From: Paraspadella gotoi
Lineage: Eukaryota; Animalia; Chaetognatha
Reading direction: 5' to 3'
Length of the DNA stretch: 34,219 nt
NCBI GenBank assembly: GCA_051294375.1
Contig: CM119266.1
Location: 23,817,914-23,852,132, forward strand
The position numbers and the translations under genes are program-made. Below, piece after piece: positions 1-9,533 of this stretch. How positions within the stretch are numbered: the first letter of the stretch is position 1; each line of letters opens with the position of its first letter. The notes under the pieces were generated by a model. It did no database searches. It was given only the letters and a program-made list of their open reading frames with translations, and had not been told where the DNA came from.

Positions 1-287
1 TTTCACTTTATGTTGTTGTGATTCTCGGCAAGAGACATATCTTTTCTATCCGGCTGCAGGATCTCCCAACCCCTCCCCATCTCTATCGGGGCGCCTTTAG
101 CCTTTTTTTCTCAGTCTCCTTCACCCAACACCACACTCCCTCCGGCCCTCGAGGCACCCAAGACCCCACCGTCCCTCAAAATTCCCCCCCTGCTTGGCGC
201 TGTGGCTTTGGCTCCTCTGATAAAAATTCATTGCCTTTCGAGCTTTACAAAAAATTCCTTTTTTAGGGAGGTCCACAGCGCTGGAAT

Positions 288-308
288 ACAGAGACGAGAG
301 GGAGAGAC

Positions 309-343
<35 letters not shown>

Positions 344-400
344 GAGACGAGATGAGACAGAGAGGAGAGAAACTGGAGAGAAGAGGAGAGAGAGAAGAGG
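288..400. repeat. Interrupted (GA)n microsatellite
   Basis: GAGAGA runs with interruptions, read directly; boundaries approximate. Confidence 0.9.
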
Positions 401-417
401 GACAGAAACCGTTCAGA

Positions 418-485
418 AGACATCACCTGAGACGAATGCCCAGGGAAACTTCGAAGAGACCCTACTGCAGATCTACAGGAGTACA
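418..485 (-). ncRNA. Candidate pre-miRNA-like hairpin resembling miR-993/miR-10 family (degenerate or error-laden)
   Basis: Minus strand reads TACTCCTGTAGATCTGCAGTAGGGTCTCTTCGAAGTTTCCCTGGGCATTCGTCTCAGGTGATGTCT. The 5' arm contains CCTGTAGATC, as in miR-10/miR-993-5p TACCCTGTAGATCCG. The 3' arm has TCGTCTC and CAGGT, as in miR-993-3p GAAGCTCGTCTCTACAGGTATCT. Arms pair by eye (CCTG/CAGG, AGA/TCT, TGC/GCA, AGGG/CCCT). Several indels are needed and neither seed is intact. Confidence 0.25.
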
Positions 486-876
486 CGGCTTCGTTTTTTT
501 GTGCCATTCTTGGAAAATTAGAATCGAGTGTTAATCTCATCGCTCCTACTGCAATGGAGAAGGAAACGTATGCCTTGGCCCGAAATTCGGGAGTTTAACG
601 CGAAATTCGAATATAATAATTACATCAACCCGAAAAGTAGCCTCTTTCATATTCTAATCTCTTTTTCTTAACGACACCATGGCCAATAGACTTCAACGTG
701 TCGCGCAAGTTTTCAAGAAAACTTCATCTTAGTTTATCGCCTAAATATTCTCTAGGACATCAACAAAAAAAAAAGAATAAAATCCTAAATAGTAAAAAAG
801 GAAAAAATAGTCTGGACGGCGAAATTCTGCGTATTCCACGACGCGTATTGTTCATCGCTTCTCGCGGCCATAACAC

Positions 877-1330
877 TTCTCTCTCTCTTTCTCTCTCGCT
901 TTCTCATCTCTCATCTCTCTCTCTCTACCATCTCTCTACTCTCTCTCTCAGTCTCTCTCGAGGTCATCATCTCTCTCATCATCTCATCTCTTCATCTCTC
1001 CTCTCTCGTCATCATCTCTTCTTTTTATTTTCTTTTTCTCTCCTCTCTCTCTCCCACCACTCTTTCCTCCATTTTCTGGCTCAGTTCAATAAGACGGGAT
1101 TGTGTTCTCTCTCTCTCTTCTCCTTAGCTTCTCTCTACCCCACACCTGCCCCCTCTTTGCGGGAGCCGCGGGAATGAGATTCCCTATACAATATTCAGGT
1201 CATTCTTCGCTTTTTCTCCATCCTTCGTCTCATTCTCCTCATCGATCTCCTCTCTACCTCTCTCTCTCTCAGTCTCTCTCGTCTCTCTCTCTCGTCTAGT
1301 CTCTCTCTCTTCACATGGCTCTCGTTCCTC
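877..1330. repeat. Interrupted (TC)n/pyrimidine-rich low-complexity tracts
   Basis: Multiple TCTCTC and TCATC runs separated by short unique spacers. Confidence 0.85.
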
Positions 1331-2180
1331 TCCTTTTCCTTTATCTCTTCTTATCTCATCCTTTCCTCCTTTCAAGAAATTCTATTCTCGATGAAACGCG
1401 AAAAAGACGCAACGGAGGAGGACGCAGGATTCCGCGCGTAGGGATTTGGATGGAAGCAAAAGGGAGGAAGGTGGAAGAGGAAAAGCAAAACATTGGAGAA
1501 AAAACAAGGAAAAATTATGACATAAAGAATGAGAAAGGACACATGGACTGGTAATTGCGCTATTTTAATCGCTGTAGCATATTATAATAGTATCTAGCGG
1601 GCTCAAATTCAGCTTTAGTGTAATTTTATGAGTTTTTATTTACTGATTATATACGTACAAGTTATGCATTTTTTTATTACCGTTATTTGCAAATTTTTCT
1701 TATTGTTTCTTGGCCATTAAACATGATAACAAAGCACTTTCATTGATACACTATTCCCTTTTTCAGTTTATTTTCTTCGTTTTTATTTCCTTCTTTCTTT
1801 CGTATATCCTCACCGCTGATTGTTCCACTTCGCCTCTTTCTTTTCTCGTTGACTGCCGTTTTTCTTTTTTTTTTCTTTTTCATATTATTATTTTCTCTTT
1901 TTCGGCGATTCTTGTTTGTCTTCGTCAGTTTCAGTTTTTCTCCTCATCAGACGTCGATGGCCATTCCAGGGTCTTTTACTTTTACTCGCTGTTTTCTTTT
2001 CGGTTTTCCTTTCTTTTTGGTCCTTTATTTTTTTTTGTCCTTCTTTTTTTCTTTATCATATCTTTTTTGTCCTTTTTTCTATCATGTCGATCGTCGAATT
2101 GCTAGGGTCTTGTCACAAGTCGTGTTCTTGGCTAGTTTTTCTTCATCAATCCTACTTCTCTTCTTACATTTTCCTCATTC

Positions 2181-2221
<41 letters not shown>

Positions 2222-2530
2222 CCTCTCGTCTCTCTCTCTCTCTCTCTCTCATCTCTCTCCTCTTCTCCTCACCCCATTCTATCTCTCCCCTCTCTCTCTC
2301 TGTCTCTTTCTCTCATCCTCTCTCTCTCTCTCTATCTTTCTCTCTCTCCTTCTTTCCTCCCCCTCTCTCCCTCCCCTCTCTCTCTCTCTCTCTCTCTCTC
2401 TTCTCGCGCTCCCCTCTCCTCCCCTCTCCTCCTCCTCTCTTCTCTCTCTCTCTCTCCCCTCTCTCTCTCGTCTCTCTTCTCCTCTCTCTCTCCTCTCTCT
2501 CTCTCTCTCGTCCTCTCTATCTCTCCTTCT
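2181..2530. repeat. Long interrupted (TC)n microsatellite preceded by (TCTG)n
   Basis: About 350 bp of almost pure pyrimidines on the + strand; source of the SLSLSL/ERERER ORFs. Confidence 0.95.
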
Positions 2531-3867
2531 CTGGGGTTCTCCTTTCCATCTACGTCTGAATAATTTCAACCAATGTTATCACCCTGCTGCGATTCTCTGA
2601 CGCGACGATTGGAGATTTAACGCGCCGTTGGAAGGAAAAAGGAAAAGGGAGGAAAAGAAGAAAATGAAGGAAGAGGAATAAAAAAAAATGGTGGATGGAG
2701 GAAAAGAGATGAAGAGAAGGAAAGGTTTTGAGGAAAAAAAAGCATCATGGAGGGATAAGGCAGAAAACATGCGAAATACAGTGAGATTAATAAAAGATCA
2801 CGGATGACATAAAAGCGACGGAACTTGTATAAAGTAAATAGTAAATAATAGTAAAGTGAGTTGTAAAATAGTTGTAAATAGTTGTTTTTAAAAGGTTCAA
2901 TTTAAATCCTTATCAACCGAGAGTTTACGCGAAATACTACTTCCCTTAAATTCTCTCAATTGCGTTCCCTTCTCTCTCTCCTCGGACCTTGTTCTCCTCC
3001 CGCGCGTCGAGAATCCGATTCTAATTTCGGCCGTCGCATTGTAAGACGCCGCCAATGCCGCCGGTCCGCGCACAGCGCGCGTATCCCGTTTGTCGTCGCG
3101 TCACGGTCGCCGGCGCTGAGCTCTGACCGCCTTTAATTTGCGCGCGACGGCGAACGCAATCACCGGCTACCAGTGACGCTGATGCGGCAAGGAAGGCAAG
3201 AGACATCCGCGCACAGACGTGGAGAGAGCTTGAGACGACGGAGATAGAGAGAGAGAGAGCAGAGAAGAGAAGAGATGAGCGGAGACAGAGGAAGAGAGAG
3301 AGAGAGAGCAAACGAAGGTCAGCACTGGGCCGCCCGAAGAACGCGTTCTCGAATGACAGAAGGGACGGAATTAAACAGGCGGGAGGCACTCAAAGACGAC
3401 ATCCGGCCCCTTTGGTCGGCGGAAGATGCAACGAGCCTTTGATCCGCGTTTTCCATTGTCACCTTCCCGCTTCTTTCCTCCATTCGTGATCATCCCACTG
3501 TTAGCGGCTACACTGTTCTAGCATTTGTTCATATTGTATGGTCATACTGTTGCACCTTTAGTCAATATTTTTTTTCTTCTTTCATCTTATTTTCTTCATG
3601 AGGCTTTTTCTCGTCGTCGAGGCGTCGGCACGAAAAAAAAAGATTGAAAAGAAAGAAAACAGAAAAAGAAAAATTTTGAATGAAAAAGAAGCCAGAAGAG
3701 GATCTTCTTTTATCTTTTTTAAATATTTAACTTTTAATATTATCACAACCTGAGAAACAATAAAAACACGAAAACTCTGTGACGATTAATAAATATATTA
3801 TTTTGGGTCTCTGAAAATAGAATTAAAAATTATGAATTTTTTTTCTCCGCTGGAGGCGAAAAAAATT

Positions 3868-3978
3868 CTGACGCCAACACCAAGCGGGAGTTTCGCGTGG
3901 GTTGACGCCAGAGGGAGGGGGAGTGGGGGGTTTGACGCTAAAGGTGGGGTGGATGGCTTAACGCTAGAGGGGGTAGGG
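3868..3978 (+). repeat. Four-copy degenerate motif array T(G/A)ACGC(C/T)A with G-rich spacers
   Basis: TGACGCCA at 3869, TGACGCCAGAGG at 3903, TGACGCTAAAGG at 3933, TAACGCTAGAGG at 3959; spacing 34, 30, 26 bp. Confidence 0.7.
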
Positions 3979-4153
3979 AGGAATGAGTTGGCAGAGAAGA
4001 GAGGACGGAGTGGTAAAAGTAGTTTTTGTGACGAAATGATGAGTCACATTTTTTCAATATTTATGCAAATACAACGCATAGTACTTAACAGTTTTCAACT
4101 AAAAAGGTTTATGCATTTAAATTTTTTTTAAAAATCAAAAACATAATTTCACC

Positions 4154-4154
<1 letters not shown>

Positions 4155-4184
<30 letters not shown>
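4155..4184. repeat. (CAA)10 microsatellite
   Basis: Ten perfect CAA units. Confidence 0.95.
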
Positions 4185-4761
4185 CCTCGACCTCGCCACC
4201 CGCGTCGTTGGCTAAACAAAATTCAATTTAAAAAAAAAAAACTTTTGCTGGAACCGCGGTCTTTCAGTTTTCTTCTTTTTTCTTTTTTTTTGAGGTCAGA
4301 GTATCAGAGCGAGAACTGGCTGAGTCGAGGGAGTGGGGCGAGTGGAGCAATGCTTCGGGTTGAAGGAGCGTTATAAAAGAGAATTGCGTGGGATTTTGAT
4401 GGTTTTGACTAAATAGTACATCGGAGTGAATATAACCCTATGCCGTCGACCACTCCCCGACCGATCGCGCCAACTTCGGCGCCGCTTTCGACGCCGCTTG
4501 CAACGCCGCTTTCGCCGCCGCCGTCGTCTTACGCCGACCTCCCCGCCTCCACGCCCCCTTTTCCTCCCAGCTCGGACTCCTTCCATTCAACAATGCATAG
4601 AATTTCTGATGACGAAAATCTCATTTGCATGATTAGGACAGAAAGTTAATCAGCCCCCTCCAGCGCGAGAGAGAGAGAGAGAAAGAGGCTATGTGCCGAC
4701 GGAGAGATAGAAAACTGACCCCTCCTACCGACTAGCTCTCCTTCTCTCCTTTTCTCTCTCT

Positions 4762-4802
<41 letters not shown>

Positions 4803-6300
4803 CTCTTCTCTCTCTCTCTCTCAGTCTATAACTGCTTTCTCTTCTCTCTCTTGATTAACCTTACATATATGACGTCATCACGACAAAAAGAGCAAAAGAA
4901 AAGCTTATTCGAAGTTCGAACGGGGATTCCTTTCTCCCCCCCAACGGCCCCCCCTCGCTTCAAACGTCGAAGCATGTTAACTTTTTACATACGGTTCGCG
5001 ATTTACTTTCTTTTAATTCTCTCGAGCGTAAAGAGACAAAAGAATGAGAGAAAGAAAGAATTTAAAAAAAAAAATAGTTGGAGACGATAGTAACGAACAA
5101 TGAATTTACAGAAGAAGTATTTTAAGAATAATAAAGTCGTTTTAAGCCTCCGAGTCAATTTTCCCCGTCCCTTTTCTTCGATAATCCTCACTCTCCTTCT
5201 TTCTCGTCCCCATTTTTCCCTCCCTCCCCTCCTCCTCCTTTCTTCCTCTCCTCTCCTCCTCCTCCCGGACGGGCTGGACGCTAATTCGATTCCAGGAAGC
5301 TAATTGAAATATTTGTGGGCAGACAATCAGTCGTTAGCAAATGCTGACGCCTTTCTACTATACGACGACGACGACGGACGACAGGGAGGACGACGAAAGA
5401 AAAGCGATGTACGCGCGCGAGGGGAGAGAACGAGAATATTGTGAGTGGTCTTCTCTCTCGCTCTCTCGCTCTCTCCCTCTCGTCAGTCTCACTTTTTCTT
5501 TGTTTCTAGCTCATTCTTCTCTTCTATTTTCTTCAAAGTCGTTAGGGCTATCGAAGAGAAAATGGCCGTCTTGGCGCGATACGGGGGAATTTTATGAGGG
5601 GGGAGTTCGACCGGGGTGGCCATTGTGTATCGAGCGATGGGGCAGTTAAAAATACTGGGTAGATGAATCGCGGACTGTGATGGATTTTAAGAGGATGTGC
5701 GCAATGGAGGCTTGGAGTAGTCGAAGGTTTTTAGATAATACGAAAATGAAATTTGGACGAGTTAAAGCGGTCGGATGGTAGCGAGATGGAAAAAAAAACT
5801 AAACGGTTAAAACATTACGTAGTTATAAAAACTTATTATATTGGAGGAAGTTAATTTGAAGGAGAATCGTAAGTCGCATAAGAAAAGGCGCCAATGAAAG
5901 CGGAGCTAAAATAGACCAAAATGTCTATGAATCTGAAGCACAGTCCGAACTAATTGCATTTTATTAATGCTAAATATGTGTACATTATGCCCACAGCGCA
6001 AAATGCATGAATAATTAGTATCAAAGGGAGTTTGAGAAGTTTTAAAAGGTTTAGGAGGAGGGGCAGACGAGAGTCTTTGGGAATAAATTGTCATCTCAAG
6101 AAGAGAAGGGAAAGTAAAATAAGAGAAGTTGACTTTAGGAAAAAGGGAGGAAGTGAGAAGTGATAGAAAACGGAAGAATGGAGGGAGGAAAAAATAAGGA
6201 ATGATAAGGAGAAGTAGAAAGGAATGGAAGGCAGACAGAGCCGCGAGATGGAGAGAGAGCCGAGTCTAATCAAAATTCTGTGTCAGTAGGGAATCGAAAA

Positions 6301-6320
6301 GCAGCGCCATCTGTGAGGCC
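6301..6320 (-). promoter_or_regulatory. CTCF-like insulator motif
   Basis: Minus strand GGCCTCACAGATGGCGCTGC contains the AGRTGGCGC core. Removing one base gives CCTCCAGATGGCGC, close to consensus CCASYAGRKGGCRS. Motif match only. Confidence 0.35.
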
Positions 6321-7383
6321 GATCTGGTACAAAAGGGAAGAAGGGAGGGAGTGGGGAGGGAGCGGGAAAAAGATAGAGATGGAGTGAGTGGAGAGGGAAA
6401 GAGAAGGTGGAGCGAGGGAGACACAGAAAGAGGGAGAGAGAGAGAGAGAGGCAGATAGGCATAGAGAAAGATAAACAAACAGACAGAGAAACTCACAGAA
6501 ATACAGCCAGAAACACAAAAATATAGCCCAAAATGTAAATAAATTTAGCGTGATAAATAAACTTAACTCCTATTATTGATAACCTCTTAAATTCTTAATT
6601 ATAGCCGGCATCAAAAGCTTATTACTTATTTAATGATTGAATGGCCAAATTTTTTATTGGTTAAACGTGATAAAATGTAAGCGACGATCAGAATTAAAAG
6701 TAACATAAAAGAAGATAAGGGTTCGAGCAAAAACGAGGGCAGCAGTTGGAGTTCGTCTTTCTTTCTCATCATCGATACAAATTGGATTCTTGGCGATTGT
6801 TTGGTCAGATGGAAGAAGAATCGGAGCTGGAGGTCGTGTGGGTCAGCGGGTGAGGAATTGTGGAGGGAAGATTTGGTAGGTTTTGGGGTGGAAGTGAGAA
6901 CGGGAAAGGGAATTGGATCGAAAGTAGGCGTGGCGCTGCGGAGAGTTTTCGAAGGTAAGGAAAGGTGAGTGTAGAAAAATGCGGAATGAAATGCGATCGT
7001 TGCGAAGCGAAGTGTAAAGTTGGCGTTCGTGAGACATTTTTACGGCTAATTTCTTATTTCCAGAGAGAGAGAGAGAGAGAAAGAGAGAAAGAGAGAAAGA
7101 GAGAGAGAGAGAGGGAGAGAGAGTCATTAAACTCGAAGCGAAGAAGGCGAAGAGAGAGAAAGAAAAGCGATGCTTTTTTTTTCTCGCTTTTTCCGCACAA
7201 ATGGCGAATTGCAACAAATTGCTTTTCCTGAAAACAACCATTTTTTTTTCAAAAGTCGCGTTTCTCATTAGTCGTAATGATAACAAATTGCACGGCGGCT
7301 GCGTGCCATGGGTGTTTGTGTGGGGGAGAGGGACGGGAGAAAAAGGAGAGAAGGGGGGAAAGAGAGAGAGAGAGACGAGAGAG

Positions 7384-7419
<36 letters not shown>

Positions 7420-7777
7420 TAAAAGTGACGCGTGATAAACGAGAACGTATTGAAACAGGTCCCTCCATACATCCATAAAAGCTGAATCGAAAGGTTAAAG
7501 GAAAGGAAATCCTTCTCCACGATTGAATCCCCTTTAGTTTTTAATGGTCGAGTAAAACTTTTTCGTCGCGCAAGAAGAAGTAAAATATTGACTTTTAGAT
7601 AAAAAAATAAATAAATAAAAAATTTTAAAAATTGAGTGATATAAAATGGATGGAAAAGGTAAAACGACGACGGTTTTAAGCCGAAGGAGTGGAAATTTCA
7701 AATAATTTATAACCAATGATTCGTTTTTTCGTCCGTTTTTTGGGCCCTGCAAAGAGAGGAGAGAAAGAGAAAAGAAT

Positions 7778-7828
<51 letters not shown>

Positions 7829-8496
7829 AGAGACTCATTTTCGCCATCGCCCTCCGCTCAGCCCGTCGATTCGCATGTCGCCCACCGCTATAGACGGGGA
7901 AAAAAAGAAAAAAAAGGGAAAAAGAAAAAGAAAAAAGAGGAACCGAAGAGCTCAATATGGGTTCTTCTTTGTGTTGGAAAGGTTTATGGTGTATTCCGGT
8001 GCAATTATAAGACATAAAACTCGATAGCCTGAGACGTCGTGTGATGGAGATGCGAATGAGGGAGGGGAAGAAAGAAAGACAAAAAAAAGGGAAAAAAAGG
8101 AAAGAAAAAGAAAAGAAAAAGAATTCCGTCGAGAGTCGATAGAGGTGAAGGACTATGAATGAAAGAAAAACAAACAGAAATGAGCAAAGAAAAGAAAAGA
8201 AAAGAAGAGAAGAAAAGAAAGAACATAGGAAAAGAAAAGAAAGAAAAGAAAAGAAAAAAAGCGGTAAAAGAACCTTAATAAAAGCGAGACAAATAATAAG
8301 GACTTTGAGAAAGTTCATCCCATGGAGTCCAGTAAGAAAGTAAGCAAAAAAAAAAGAAATACGCTGTACTTTTTAATTAAAAACATCGTGTCCGAGGGAT
8401 ATATTAGCTTCTTTTTTTTGTAACTCAGCAAGAAGCAAATAAATGGGAAAAAACGCACAACGGCAACTCCATTACGTGTATTCCATTCCTCGTTGG

Positions 8497-8705
8497 CGTC
8501 CAGCTGACCGGAATACAAACAAGAACAACCCACCGGTGGACAATCTGCGAGGACCTGGTACGCTGTGAGGAACGCTTCGGGCATCGCGCGGGTGCGGCGG
8601 CATTGTAGGCGCTTTCAGCGCGGACGTCTGGAGGGCCCGCTGATTTCTGCGGTGGCGGAGCTCGCCCACCATGTGACGTTCGTTGGTCGCGCCATCCTGT
8701 CCGGA
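8497..8705. other. ~209 bp GC-rich insertion present only in block A copy 1
   Basis: Copy 1: CCTCGTTGG-[insert]-GGGTGGTCGCTTAAT. Copy 2 (~13279-13300): CCTCGTTGGGTGGTCGCTTAAT, uninterrupted. Confidence 0.9.
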
Positions 8706-9474
8706 GGGTGGTCGCTTAATGCTTAAATGTCAGTTTTTATGCTTTGCACTAAATTAATACTTTATGATAAGTGTAAAAGATATTTCTTTTGAAAATATAA
8801 ACCGGAATTAAAATTATTCTCTTTCAGAATGTACTAAAATTCTTACTGAGATGCCGACACTGCAGATAGCAGGAATGAGGAGACCGAGGGGTTCCTAATT
8901 CGTTCAGAGTACCCATGCATATCCTTAAGGGCTGACAGAATATAAGTTTATTCAAAAGAATGCAATGTTCGCAATTCACAAAACTGTATCGAAGAAAACA
9001 AACCGACAAAAAAATGGGGAAATTTCTTTTCTTTTTCTGTTTTGCCTGAAATTCTCGTTCGGCGCAGATCAGCCTTGAGACGCAAAAACTCCGCCGAGAA
9101 TATGGGGAAATGTTTAGAAGGGGAGGAGGAAGGGTTTGACTAAGATAAGGAGATGGAACGTGGGAGTGATTGGAATTTTGCAAGACGGTCGGAGAAGAGA
9201 CAAGGAATAACTCATGGTTGGGCCTCCTGTCTGGAATTCTTGTTTTGTTTTTTTTTTTTTAAACGACCCGGGCATACAATCAGTAATAGAGTTTCCGCGG
9301 AGATGTGTTTTAAAGTTTGAACAGTTCGGCTTGAAAATAGAAACAGAAACTGACTAAAAAAAAAGTGAATCGCCAAGGAACTCGGTGTACGAATAGCGAG
9401 AGAGAAAAAAATTGAAGGAGGAAGGAAAAAGATGGGCAAGGCAGAGAGGCGCATAGCGACGGGGGTGGCGGACG

Positions 9475-9533
9475 CGGCGGCGGCGGCGGCGGCGGCGGCG
9501 AGCGGCGGCGCGGCTGCCGGCGCGGCGGCGGCG
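9475..9533. repeat. Interrupted (GCG)n trinucleotide repeat (block A copy 1)
   Basis: GCG run with a few interruptions; counterpart of the pure run at 14027-14077. Confidence 0.9.

Noticed and set aside
1410-1422. CAACGGAGGAGGA matching part of the PacBio SMRTbell adapter
   Set aside because: Only 13 bp, the rest of the adapter is absent, and the flanks are not inverted copies of each other.
3868-3978. Repeat-spacer periodicity superficially like a CRISPR array
   Set aside because: Repeats are only 8-12 bp and imperfect, spacers are low-complexity G tracts, there are no cas genes, and the context is eukaryotic.
5600-6735. GTTCGA words (~5606, ~6721) as possible tRNA/SINE B-boxes
   Set aside because: No A-box at appropriate spacing, no cloverleaf, and incomplete match to GGTTCGANNCC.
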